Origin: Trypanosoma brucei
Taxonomy: Eukaryota
NCBI GenBank assembly: GCA_000002445.1
Contig: CM000208.1
Location: 2,144,001 to 2,208,000, forward strand
Direction of reading: 5' to 3'
Length of the DNA: 64,000 nucleotides
How positions within the stretch are numbered: position 1 is the first letter of the stretch; every line of letters starts with the position of its first letter. Below are positions 10,242 through 20,985 of this stretch, piece by piece. The translations under genes were made by a program, and so were the position numbers. The notes beneath the pieces are model-generated. The model was not told the DNA's origin, ran no database searches, and saw only the letters and a list, made by a program, of their open reading frames with translations.

Positions 10242-11882
10242 ATGACCACAATTTTAGAAAATGACAGAGCCTTCCGCATCGAATCAAATAGGGCAATGAC
10301 GGTTTCCATCCATCTTATTGCCGTGGTATTGGCTTTTTTGACTCTAATTCTTGCGCCAACAGAAGTGGAGGGCGTCCCGGCTATACAGTACAAAACAAGT
10401 ACGCGAAGGACAATGAACTGCGATAGGTTCACCAAGAACATCGATGAATGCGATACCGATAAGTACCATACGCTTTTACTTCTTCAAGCACTTCCATACA
10501 TTTTGGTGGCCGTGTCTCTGTTATTTTTCATACCCATTTACTTTGTTTGCAAATATGTGTTTGACTGCTGTGGTGGGCGGAGGCAAAGCGTTAATTTCTG
10601 CCACCCCGACAAACGCAGCGCAACCGTCTACAACCGAATGGACCTTTTGCGACCGCGTATATTTGCAGTAGTCGCCGCAGTCGTATGTCTCGCAGCAGCA
10701 ATTTTGGGTTGCTTGGCCATGTTGGTTATTCAGCAGTGCATGAGGGATGTTCGTAGCAGGGTACGCAACATCGTGGATATGGCGGTCGGATATGAGAAAT
10801 TACATATGAGTGCAATGAAAGTCGCGCTTTACAATAGCGAAACTGATTCTGAATATCCATTTTTGCTTTCGAGTTTAGAGTCGAATGGACCGCAGTTAAA
10901 CACCTTATTTCGCAGTCGTGTGGAAACAGTCAAGGGCATTTATGACCGAACGGTTTTAAGCGCTGTTAACGCCGGGAGAAGAGCGGGGTTTTGGATGCTC
11001 GGTCTCTTTTTGGCTCCTACAGTCCTTACGCTGGTGGGGCTACCGGTAGCATTTTGTAACTACAGGCGGTACGTCTCCATGTTCCTCTTTTTGTTTATTG
11101 GTGTTTTTGGCATTATTGTGTGGACCACCGCAGGGGCTTTTGCTGCACTCAATTTCTTTATTACGGACAGTTGCTTTGAGGTTGAGGAGTTTGCAGAGGG
11201 ACGCTCCAACATTCTCACCGCCTTATCGGAGTGTGACGAGACAAGTTTAACTAGACCTACGGCTATCATTGAGTCACTCTTTAAATCACAGGCGGGCAAA
11301 ACGTGTGAAATATTGAAACCATATTGCTACAATGACGGACAGGACTCCACATCTAGTGCCACCAGCGGTTCCGTTTTTTCCTGCCCTAAAGACATGTCGT
11401 GTGACAATGTGACGGACCTACAGATGGCTGCATGGGTTGATTCGACAATTGTTATCGCACAGGGAATTGTTAATAACAGTGGCGCTCTCCAAGAGGCGAA
11501 GAATAAAGGACATTTTTGTTCGTCTGTTCGTGACGGGGGAATGTGTGACTTGCGGAAATGCGCCAGTGACTGTAAGTTGGGAAATTCGTTAAGTAATGTT
11601 GGCCGTGTTGCCAAAAGTGTACTGGTGGGAGTAACAGCGGTTTCGAGGGCGCGCGCGATGCACGAGACGGTCGGCAGTGCGCTAGGCAGTTGTGAGTCGG
11701 TTTTAACGACTTTAGCGAGTGCAATGCTCTCCCCATGTAAAACCGCAACCAAAAGTTTGTTCGTCGTGGAGGAGTGCCTTGGCCTTCTTGGCTTAGGCTG
11801 TATTTTAGCTATGTTTGTGTACGCCATAGGGGCGAAACGCTTCATTTCTCTGAAAAAGGCGTACGTCCCACAGAACGACTAA
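10242..11882 (+). CDS. Polytopic membrane protein with a Cys-rich extracytoplasmic domain (hypothetical)
   Basis: ATG-initiated 546-aa ORF. It has at least 6 hydrophobic helices (e.g. IHLIAVVLAFLTLILAP, LLLLQALPYILVAVSLLFFIPIYFV, IFAVVAAVVCLAAAILGCLAMLVI, LLGLGCILAMFVYAIGA) and a cysteine-rich loop region (CFEVEE...CDET...CEILKPYCYND...CPKDMSCDN...CSSVRDGGMCDLRKCASDC). No family assignment is possible by eye. Confidence 0.5.
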   Translation: MTTILENDRAFRIESNRAMTVSIHLIAVVLAFLTLILAPTEVEGVPAIQYKTSTRRTMNCDRFTKNIDECDTDKYHTLLLLQALPYILVAVSLLFFIPIYFVCKYVFDCCGGRRQSVNFCHPDKRSATVYNRMDLLRPRIFAVVAAVVCLAAAILGCLAMLVIQQCMRDVRSRVRNIVDMAVGYEKLHMSAMKVALYNSETDSEYPFLLSSLESNGPQLNTLFRSRVETVKGIYDRTVLSAVNAGRRAGFWMLGLFLAPTVLTLVGLPVAFCNYRRYVSMFLFLFIGVFGIIVWTTAGAFAALNFFITDSCFEVEEFAEGRSNILTALSECDETSLTRPTAIIESLFKSQAGKTCEILKPYCYNDGQDSTSSATSGSVFSCPKDMSCDNVTDLQMAAWVDSTIVIAQGIVNNSGALQEAKNKGHFCSSVRDGGMCDLRKCASDCKLGNSLSNVGRVAKSVLVGVTAVSRARAMHETVGSALGSCESVLTTLASAMLSPCKTATKSLFVVEECLGLLGLGCILAMFVYAIGAKRFISLKKAYVPQND

Positions 11883-12482
11883 TAACATTTTCTTTTTACG
11901 TTGTGCTCTCTTTTCGCTCCTTCCCATCGTTCCTTTGCCTCTCCATCTCTCCATCTTCCTCACTTTATTTTTTTTTCTTCCCCCCTCCAGTTCTTTCTAT
12001 TCGTGCTGACAATTACACCATTTTTTATGCTCTTTGAATTGTATGGCTTTACTCGCCATCCATCAATAGTGACACAAGCAGAATGAGCGTGAGGTTTTTA
12101 AGTTGACACGAAATGAATGGAATGGAGGCGAAGAAGAATATGAGCGAGACCCGAGAGATGTTGATTTTGATGAAGCTTTGCGCAGGGAGTAGAAGGGGTG
12201 AGGAAAAAAAAATTCCAAAACTAATAATCACATCTATCTATGAGAAGTACGTATTTTGTTTTCATTCTTACTTTATTTAAATAAATAAATATATATAATT
12301 TTTGCTCATTGGGTGGTTTGGGACCGGAATGACATTATCCGTATCTTTCCTACTGATTTGTTGTTTGCGTTGCGGTGTGGGGCACTTCAGGTAGTAGTGA
12401 CTCTCTTACTTTTTTTTTTACATTTTTGTTTATAGAAGTGGAGGGGAAGTTTGGCACGGCGGGGCGGGCGAGGCGTGAGGGG

Positions 12483-12502
12483 AGGGGGGGGGGGGGCGGG
12501 GG
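12483..12502. repeat. G14-C-G6 homopolymer run (potential G-quadruplex / polymerase-slippage site)
   Basis: gggggggggggggg c gggggg in an intergenic spacer. A similar G14 run lies at 22563-22576. Confidence 0.8.
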
Positions 12503-13373
12503 GAAACACACGACGCCGTGTGCATTTTTGTTTGCCTTTTTTTTCTTTTTTGTCATGTGTTGTGTTGGTGATGAGGGACGGTGAGGAAAAAGGCCAGTTG
12601 TGAGATTTATGTGTGCTTTGGGACCTAAATGGACTTGGACTGGTATGGAGGTAAGGGAATTTTAATACGATACTCAGTTTGCATGTAGCGCCACTGTGTT
12701 GTACACTGAACCTTGATTTGTGTGTAAGTTAGAGACGAAAAAAGGAGAAAAAAAATTACGTGAGGATTAAAAAAAAAATAATAATAATAAATGCCTTGAG
12801 AAAATGTTGGAATTTACTTTACCACTCGTTTGTGTGCCTTTGCGGTCCCTCTACGGTTTTCCCTTCTTCACTTCACTCCCATTCCGTCTTCTCTTTTTTT
12901 TCTCCCTCCCCATTTTCCTCTGTTTCCTTGCCCCTAGTTACCAATTCTTTCGTTTTCATTTATCCGAATTTGTAAAATGAAACAGAAAATGGAAAGAAAA
13001 GACAAGAAGTGCGGGGGGGGGCGGGAGAAAATGTCACGTGTTAGTATTGCTTTAGTGTTTTTTCGTTTTCACTCTCTCTCTCTCTCCAATATGTTTTGCA
13101 TGCCATATTTCCGCTCCGTCAGTAGTAGAGTGACTTTGTCGGTCTCTGTTGTAACGTTATTGTTTATTATTACTATTATTGTTGATCTCCCCACCATCAT
13201 CTTATTGCTTCTTCTTTTCCCCTTCCCCTTGTTGTTTCTTCCGTTGCGTTATTTTATTTGTACCGTACGCGTTTCCACACATACACACAATATATATATA
13301 TATATGTACTCAATATATACTGTAAGGACACATCCCGCATCTGGAGGGGAAAATAGTTTAGCGAATCACGCAG

Positions 13374-14240
13374 ATGTCATCGCTTGCCGAGAGACTCGTG
13401 CAACAGTTGCTGAAATTTCATCAACGTGGAGCTGAGCTCGAACAGGAGCAGAAGACGCTTGCGGAGGAGGAGAAATGCAACCAAACTCTCCAGGAACGCC
13501 TCAAACAAATGCAAGAACAAGTGCAGAAGGTGCGGGAAATTCGTGCGGTACTTAACGAACACAACCGTGCGGCGGAGGAAAAGTATGAGCAGGCAATAAA
13601 AGATGATGAGGCAAAGCGGGCGCTGATGTCAGAGGAATTGCAGGCAACTTTATCAGAGGTGAATTCATATGCAGAGGAAATTGCGCACATGGAAGCAAAA
13701 GCAGCGCAAGAGAATAAGCTACTGAAGGAACAACTTGAGATATACACCAGATTTCACTTGGATGGGCAGGACAAATACAATGAAATCATGCGTTCCAGGG
13801 AGCAGGAATACGCCAAGTTGGAGGCGAAGAAGGAAGCGGACGCCGCCCGGAAACCGCAGCTTCTGGCCGAATTATCGGAAGAGAATGAGCGTTTCCTTCA
13901 AACTCGCAAGGAGGAAAAGGAACTTGAAGTTCTAATGGATGGTTGGGTGGCACGTGTAACGGAGCTTCAAGAAAGGTTTTTAAAAGCAAGAAGGTTCTTT
14001 GAAAGTTTTAAGGAAGAAAAGGAAAGACATGTGAAGCGGATTCGATCACTTGAAAGTGAAAAAACCGTGTTGTTGGCGCGGGTGGAAAGATGTAGAGCAG
14101 AGCGTGACAAGGAGCAAGCAAAGGCGAAGGCATTCGAGGAAAAGGTCATCACACAAAAGAAACAGATAGAGAAACTTAGTGCCGTTGCACACATGCTCGA
14201 GTCCGGAAGCTTAGCAGAGAGTACGGATGCGGCAACATAG
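13374..14240 (+). CDS. Coiled-coil protein (hypothetical)
   Basis: ATG-initiated 288-aa ORF. It is strongly heptad-like, rich in E/K/Q/L/R throughout (e.g. LEQEQKTLAEEEKCNQTLQERLKQMQEQVQKVREIRAVL), which is typical of cytoskeletal or flagellar coiled-coil proteins. Confidence 0.5.
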   Translation: MSSLAERLVQQLLKFHQRGAELEQEQKTLAEEEKCNQTLQERLKQMQEQVQKVREIRAVLNEHNRAAEEKYEQAIKDDEAKRALMSEELQATLSEVNSYAEEIAHMEAKAAQENKLLKEQLEIYTRFHLDGQDKYNEIMRSREQEYAKLEAKKEADAARKPQLLAELSEENERFLQTRKEEKELEVLMDGWVARVTELQERFLKARRFFESFKEEKERHVKRIRSLESEKTVLLARVERCRAERDKEQAKAKAFEEKVITQKKQIEKLSAVAHMLESGSLAESTDAAT

Positions 14241-14309
14241 AGAGTTTTCCTGTTTCCCTTTCTCTTTTTTATATTTTTATTTCTGCCTTTTTTTGTTTTG
14301 TCCTGCCCG

Positions 14310-14330
14310 CGTGTGTGTGTGTGTGTGTGT
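14310..14330. repeat. (GT)10 microsatellite
   Basis: gtgtgtgtgtgtgtgtgtgt, seen directly. Confidence 0.9.
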
Positions 14331-14747
14331 TTTTGTTTTTTTGTTCTTCCATGTTTCGGACGTCTATCGGTGTGTATGGTAAAAAGATATGTTGTAACCG
14401 CACATCGTAATGACCTTGACATATTCACCAGGTGCATTCGCCCGTGCCGTTTGTGTTTTGAGTTTCCACAGCTAATTGTGAAGAAATAGGGTTTAATAAC
14501 GGTTATGGTGTCCACCACCTGTCTGGTGGGCCCCACGTGGGTGGCCCCTCAATTAGTTATTACTATTACTATTATTAATATTGTTGATGTCATTTCTTCT
14601 CATTTTGTTGTCTGGGTTTCGTCCCTGTGTTCCGTTTTACCTTGTCGCTGTGGTTGTATACACGCTTTGCATTGCGGCCTTCTTTTTGTTTTTTTTTGTC
14701 TTCACGTGACTCCTCACCTCAAAAAAAAAAATACAAGGCAATTTAAA

Positions 14748-16217
14748 ATGTACTCGGATAGCGAGAGCATTATTAGTGAGTTTGACGACTTTACTTCTGA
14801 TGAGGACCCAGAAATGGATGACTTTGATCGTTTGCTCGATGAACAGGTAGAGCATCAGGAGGATTCTCTTTACACGTTGCGTCTCTCCTATTTGCGGCTT
14901 TTTGAGGATGAAGATGGCCCACTTCGATCAGCATTCCCCGACTTATATGTTCCATCTAAGGAGATTCTTCTTGACTTGAGTAACGTGTTAAGTTGTGAGG
15001 GGGATTGTGAGGAGGATGGGGAAAATGTGGAATATGAAGGAGAAGATATTGACTGGGAGGCTGCAGCGAAAGATCATGAGGCATTTGATAAACACGGGGA
15101 AGAGGGGGGTGATGATGGAGATGCGGAGGAAAATCATGACGTGCGACTACAACCGGAAAACGGGTGTGCGGAAACCACTTTGAGAACTGTTGGGAAACCA
15201 AGCCCTGCCACAAAATTCATGGACAAGCACCGAGGAAATTCTTTACTTGTTGAGGTGGGGTTAACAGTGAGTCGCAGCGAACTCAGGGAGCGTCATGTGG
15301 CGCAGTACCCAGATATTGACTTTGTTGTGGGTTACATTCAAAGGGAACCCACAGGTTGGGCACTACTAATGACCGAAGATCCCAACACGGTAGAAGGGAT
15401 CAAGTCATATTACCCTTCTCACCGTTTGGCAACCGAAAGTGATTACGTTATGTTTTTCAGGTCTACACACCCCAAAAAGACAGGTTTTGTGACTATCCCT
15501 AATCCTCCGCAGAGGCAACAAAAGAAGGGACGGAGGCAATATATCAGGCAGATGCAAAGTTCTGCCGCTCTATCTGCTCACATCGAGGCGATGGGAGGAA
15601 TGCAAAATGCTATTTTTGTGTTCCTTGACGTGGAGGCAGCTGTGGTTCAAAAGAATTCTGTCCCCCTTCCGCTGGAGATTGCGCTGGTTCCGAGTGGAGG
15701 TGATCATTCCTTCCAACCTTTCCATTGTTTCCTTCATCCAGGCGTGATAGAAAATTCCCAAGTAGCATTAGGACTAAGTTGCGGTGCAATTCCCTCAAGT
15801 CACCACGTACCACTAAACAATGTCACGTTTCTTCGCCGTGACTACACGAAAGTTGCTGAGGAGATTTCCCAGTTTTTGTCTTGCGAGCGGGTAGTGCTTA
15901 TCAACAAGGGTTCTCTTATGGATGTTCAGGCTCTGCGGTGGGTATTTGGAGCTGCTCGGATTGCAGAAAGCAGTAACATGCCCATACCCAAACTGGAGGA
16001 TATTGCTTGTTTTGATATCCAAGCCTTAAAGAAACTACTCGCACAGGGTGAATGGCGGGAAACTAAAGGTGATGCGGCGGAGACTCATGGTGAATTCTGT
16101 TGGTACCATGCCGGTATGCAAGAAGGGTTGAGGAGAGAAATTGTTGGATATACGGAGTCGCACTGTGCATTAAAAGATGCTCAGGTAATTCATGGCGTGG
16201 TGCAGAGGTATCTTTAA
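14748..16217 (+). CDS. DEDDh-type 3'-5' exonuclease-fold protein (RNase T/Maelstrom-like) with an acidic N-terminus
   Basis: The ORF track runs 14505-16217, but its first 81 codons are hydrophobic/low-complexity and contain the upstream polypyrimidine tract, so the start is placed at the internal Met (MYSDSESI). Ordered motifs read from the translation: I 'FVFLDVEAAV' (D-x-E); II 'LINKGSLMDVQAL' (D); III 'HCALKDAQ' (H-x4-D), at DEDDh-compatible spacings. A His/Cys cluster (HCFLHPG...CGAIPSSHH) is reminiscent of protist Maelstrom domains. Confidence 0.45.
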   Translation: MYSDSESIISEFDDFTSDEDPEMDDFDRLLDEQVEHQEDSLYTLRLSYLRLFEDEDGPLRSAFPDLYVPSKEILLDLSNVLSCEGDCEEDGENVEYEGEDIDWEAAAKDHEAFDKHGEEGGDDGDAEENHDVRLQPENGCAETTLRTVGKPSPATKFMDKHRGNSLLVEVGLTVSRSELRERHVAQYPDIDFVVGYIQREPTGWALLMTEDPNTVEGIKSYYPSHRLATESDYVMFFRSTHPKKTGFVTIPNPPQRQQKKGRRQYIRQMQSSAALSAHIEAMGGMQNAIFVFLDVEAAVVQKNSVPLPLEIALVPSGGDHSFQPFHCFLHPGVIENSQVALGLSCGAIPSSHHVPLNNVTFLRRDYTKVAEEISQFLSCERVVLINKGSLMDVQALRWVFGAARIAESSNMPIPKLEDIACFDIQALKKLLAQGEWRETKGDAAETHGEFCWYHAGMQEGLRREIVGYTESHCALKDAQVIHGVVQRYL

Positions 16218-16820
16218 CCTTCACATAGTTACGTTCCCTGTGGTCGCGCTGTGACCGCATTTATTATTATAATTTTGTTCGCTTTCACACACCTCTTTTA
16301 TTTCTCCCCGCGTTTTTACTAACCGTGAGGTGGAGCAAAGGCATGTATTCGGCGAGACATTGATTACTTAAACTCGAGAAGAGCATAAATTAAACTTGAT
16401 TTCACTTGTGTGCTTTTCCGTACGGGACTTCGCTTTTTTTTTTTTAAAGTCGCTTCAACCTGTCTGTTATTTGCTGATTGACTAAATTCTTTTATTTTTT
16501 TTCCCCCTTTTCATCCTCTTCTTCTTAGAGACCCCAAGCACTGAAGGCTTGCGGTTACTCACGCAAAACATTTTTTTTTGTTTTGTATCATTTGGGTCAG
16601 AGGCAGTAAAACACCAAGAGGGGGGAAAAAAAAAGAAGAGCAGTTAAAAACAAAACAAAGCAACGACAGAAATAATAATAGTAATAATAGAAAAGAAGTA
16701 GAGCGGAAACGATACCAGAAAAAATAGAAGTGATAAGTAACTGTGTCAACAGTGAACATCGACAGAAGGAGGAAGTAACAGCGACGGCGAGTGGAGAGAG
16801 GGAAAGTTATTAATATAGAT

Positions 16821-17450
16821 ATGTTCCGCGCTTGTTTGCGTTTTCTAGCTGTGAGTCCCTTCACACTTTTTATGATGGATCAAAAAAACAATCCCGCACT
16901 GAAGGGATGTGCTATCTCTAAGAGAGGGAAATTACTCTCTAAGATGTATAAGGAACTCTCGCAAAACCAACGGCGTGAACTTAATATGCGTGCCGCCCGC
17001 CATCCGAACCTTGGGAAGCGGTCGAAGACAGAAATAACTGATGAAAAGCGCTCGTCGCGTCGCAAGAGCAAAGGAACTTTCGCAACGTTTGTGAAGAATA
17101 ACTACGCATCAGTGCGTGGATTGAATTATCGCAAGCGGTTTGCAGCACTTTCCAAGTTATATAACTTATCCCGGCCTATACAAATGGAGGAAGTAATTAA
17201 AAGTATGCCAAAAGGGCATTCCCTTGCTGCGTTGCCTGGAGGAAAGGGTTCCGCTAGTGTTAAGGCAAAAGAGAAGGAAGTAGTAATAGCGAAGGCAGTT
17301 CAGGACGCTAGTGAAATGTTGCGAGCGGCGCAAAAAGAAGGGGGAAAATCCGATACAAGTGAAAAGAAACCAACACGGAAGGGACGGGGAGCACCGAAAA
17401 AGGAAGAGAAACCAACTCAAAAAGAAAAGAAGGTAACGAAAAAAAAGTGA
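16821..17450 (+). CDS. Basic HMG-box-like DNA-binding protein with a mitochondrial-type presequence (KAP-like kinetoplast-associated protein; paralogue of the 40.5-43.9 kb genes)
   Basis: The ORF-track start at 16791 is GTG; the first ATG gives 'MFRACLRFLAVS', a typical kinetoplastid MLR-type presequence. The box 'LFMMDQKNNPALKGCAISKRGKLLSKMYKELSQNQRRELNMRAA' is paralogous to 'LFMKEQKNNPALKGLPVAKRGQATAKLYRELSVTEREELAKRAK' at 40.6 kb. The C-terminus is K-rich. Confidence 0.55.
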   Translation: MFRACLRFLAVSPFTLFMMDQKNNPALKGCAISKRGKLLSKMYKELSQNQRRELNMRAARHPNLGKRSKTEITDEKRSSRRKSKGTFATFVKNNYASVRGLNYRKRFAALSKLYNLSRPIQMEEVIKSMPKGHSLAALPGGKGSASVKAKEKEVVIAKAVQDASEMLRAAQKEGGKSDTSEKKPTRKGRGAPKKEEKPTQKEKKVTKKK

Positions 17451-20400
17451 AGGAAATGTGGCTGAGTGGGAGGGTTAAATCAGTTGTTGTAATTGCGAAG
17501 AATGGATGCATGGGCGTGGGCGTGTGTAAGTGGAGGGAGAGAGAGGGAGGGAGAGAGAGAGTCGCAGAAGCAGACAAGAAGACAAAACAAAGCAAAAAAA
17601 AATACTGAGATAAAATAAAATAAAATCAAAGTCTCGGAGGGAGAGAAGGAAAGACAAACACGAAAGACGGATAACTGATATGGAGAAGGATTGCCCTTGG
17701 TGTCTTATACTCTCATTTTTTTTGTTTTTACCGTGATTAGTGTATTCATGCTGCATATCTTGCGTCTGCTCCTTTCGCTTTTCGTTAGTTCCGTGACGTC
17801 ATGTCGTTATCTTTTGGTGGGGATGTGCGCCTTCTCAGGGGCGGTTATTGAGGGAAGAAAAAGAAAAAAAACACGCACAAGAAGAAAAGAAATGTGTATT
17901 TGTAGTTTTCGAACTTTTAGTTGTATTGTTTGTCTTTCTTTTTTCTTTTTCTTTCTTTGTTTTGCCTCTTGCTTGGGTAGGTGACAGTAGCGATTGCGTA
18001 TGGAACTGATGCATTTGGAGGTGAGGGAAGGAGTCGAAGAGAGAAGGAAGGAGAAAAAGAATGGAAGGAAAGAAAAGATGGAAATGCGGCTCCTGAAGTG
18101 TTTAAAAGACGTATACTTTCTTTCATTGCATTTCTTTCTTTCTTTCCTCCCGTGTCTTTTAATTATTTATCATTATTATTATCATTATAAACTGTATTGT
18201 AGTTGTTTTGGAAGGTATGCACCGCGTCGGTCTTAAGAAGACGGCCACCATGTGTAGGGGAGATAAAAGGAGGAGGTGGATGGAATGACATTATGTCTGT
18301 ACAGTTATAGTAGTGAGTAGAAGGAATGAAGTCTTCTTTCCCTCCTTTCTTGCCTCACTCATGTTTCTAATTGCATTTATGTCTCCAATCGTAGCAGTAA
18401 TGTTTGTGCTGAAGGGAATAAGTGGGCCCCCCCCTCCATTCCGCATTCATCCATCCATGCCTTTTTGTTAAACCTCTCCTTTTTAGTTGGTGTTTCTTGA
18501 CTCTTCTAATGTTTTTCTTTTTTGCCTTCGTTTCGTTAGTTCCCCCCTTCGCTGAATTTTTGAGTTGTTGATACATCCTTTTTGCAGTGCGTCCTCGAGT
18601 GTTTCGTTACCGTGTTGCACGTTTGGCTGAGCGTTCCGTCGCCTTGTTGATGTTCTGTTGTTGTCATTTAGAAACATTTTTTATTTTGTTTTTGCGTTCG
18701 CTCTGCTTTAACCTTTCCCTCCCTCCCTCCCTTTCGCTTCGCTTCTATTATCATTATTTTTATGCATTTTTCACTTTTCCCGTCAAAACACTCCACCATG
18801 CAAACTTATTGTTATTTTTCGGTATTCCCTTTCCATTTCATTGTGAGCTGCAAACCTCGATGTTTTTGCTTTTGTTTTGTTTTCTTTTTTTTCTTTTCTC
18901 CTTCTTTCTTTTGTCGGGCATATGATTTCAGTTTCCTCCTCCCCCACACTCCTCATCTTCCGCATTCTCTTTTTTTTTTTTCTCCCTCTCTTCTTTTGAT
19001 TGCTCCCATGGCTCTTATTTGTATATTTTAAGAATTGCGGTTCAGATGAATATTGAGGGTTGAGGCACTGACTTTCAATGCAAAAGGCAAAAGGCAGAAA
19101 CAACACTAACAATAAAAAAAACAATAACGAAAAAGAGAAAACGCAAAATAGGTGGTCGGACTATATTTTCTGTCATGTACGCGTGCCCCTTTTATTTATC
19201 TGTTTCGGTTCTTCTAACTTCTTTCAAGCACACATATGTAGATAGATATACATTTATTTTTATGTATGAGTGCTTGTAAATCATAGAACTTTTTTTTTTC
19301 TCTTTTTTAAATAATCAAATATATATATATATTTATATAAACATATTTATTAGAGGGTAATGGGTGCTGAGGATTTAATAAGAGGGATGCAAAAAGAGAG
19401 GAGTGACAGAAGGGGAATACATGTACAAATATGCATGAATAGATATATGTGAGGTTCGGGAGGGAAGCAAAATAACTTTCGGAAAAGTTGACACACACAC
19501 ACAAAAAAAAAGAGAAAAGAAGAATGCAAAAGAAAAATAATAATAATAAAATAGAAGCAGCACGCAGTAAAGGAAAAGAAAGAAATAAAAAGATGTGTTT
19601 CCTCAGTAAAGTGATTGGTGTGCTAAAGCTGTGGTGCATGTGCGTTCTTGATGCGCCGTCTTTATTTATTTATTCTTCTTCTTTTGCTCAATTTTTTTTT
19701 TTTTGTGTGTGTGTGTGGTTGAGTAGATTCAGCAGTGGAAAAGGAGAAAAGGAGGAGAGGAGTCGCTGTCGTATTTTTATTGTTGGGTGCGTGAGCGCGT
19801 TGGCACATAACAAAAACCAAAACAAAAACAAAAACCGCTTTGGGACCATTATATTTTGTCCATACAAATGGTCCCGCGCATAAAAAGGTTGCTCCCCTTC
19901 AAGCAGTGGCGAGACGTTGTACTTCTTCTTACATTTGACTCCTCCTTTTCTTTTTCTTTTTCTTTTTTTTTCTTTTCCCCTTGTGTTACTTCTATGGTTT
20001 CTGTCACATATCTATTTCCCCTTTCCCCTATTTTTTCTTGTTTTCTTTTATATTTTTCATCCACTTCCTCTTTAGTCAAAACCAAAGGAATAATCAAAGG
20101 AAATACATTTTTAAAGCAATAGGGGGAATTCACATTATTTTATGTTGGATTTTTGTTTTGTTTTGGCGAAGCTGCTGCGATGTTGCCATGAACGCGAGCC
20201 GACGTGACGTTTGTGGTGGTGCTCCTCAACAAATGCGGTTAAAAACTTTGCGGCTCGGCATTTTTCTTTTTCTTTTTTTTTTTTGTAGAAATTTGCCTGC
20301 GTTTCCGCACCATGAAGGGATAAGAGTGCGTTGGGTTGTGTCATAATGCTGAAGTCAAAGAAATTACAACTTGGTTCGTTTTCGATCCGTTTAAACGTGC

Positions 20401-20484
20401 ATTTAAGGATGGAAGTTTGGAATGAAATTTTGTGCGAATATTTGAGATCGTTTCGCTGCTCGTGTGGATTTTGCTTTCCACAAA

Positions 20485-20485
<1 letters not shown>

Positions 20486-20517
<32 letters not shown>

Positions 20518-20518
20518 G
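20486..20518. repeat. (TTA)11 microsatellite
   Basis: attattattattattattattattattattatt, seen directly. Confidence 0.9.
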
Positions 20519-20949
20519 TCATCATTATTTTCGTTTCTTCAAGCTACCCTATTCATGAGCTCTTGTTACTCTGCTTTTTTTTTTTTGAAAGAAGCAAAAG
20601 TGAAGAACAACGCGTTTGCCAAAAAAGCAACAACAGATAAACAAACATAAATAACAAACGTTGTAGAGGCAAAACGGACAAAATAAAGGACGGCCGAATA
20701 AAGGGGGAGGATCCAACAAAATATAGAACAAACAGACGGGCAAAAGCTGTCGAGCGGGTAGATAAATAAGTTCACCCCTTTTCAAAGGGGGAAAAGGAAA
20801 GAAGAAACCAAACAGCCAACCAGGCAATCAAAAGGGCGTGAGTCACCCTGTGGTTATTGAAAGGAAACAAAAAAAAAAGAAAAAAAATTAGAGGCTGAAG
20901 AGGTGCGTTGGTGGCACGGGTTCGGGTGAGGAAGTGAATAGAACTGCAT

Positions 20950-20985
20950 CATCATTTTTTTTTTTTTGGTTGTGTGTAGGCCGCA
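20950..20985 (+). promoter_or_regulatory. Poly-T tract plus AG upstream of the phosphotransferase gene (putative trans-splice acceptor region)
   Basis: tcattttttttttttttggttgtgtgtag followed by gccgcaATG. Confidence 0.5.

Noticed and set aside
14505-14747. 81-codon N-terminal extension of the DEDDh-like ORF (MVSTTCLVGPTWV...)
   Set aside because: It is hydrophobic, low-complexity translation of the spacer. It contains the T-rich polypyrimidine tract and A10 run that normally precede the real start, so the internal Met at 14748 is the more plausible start.
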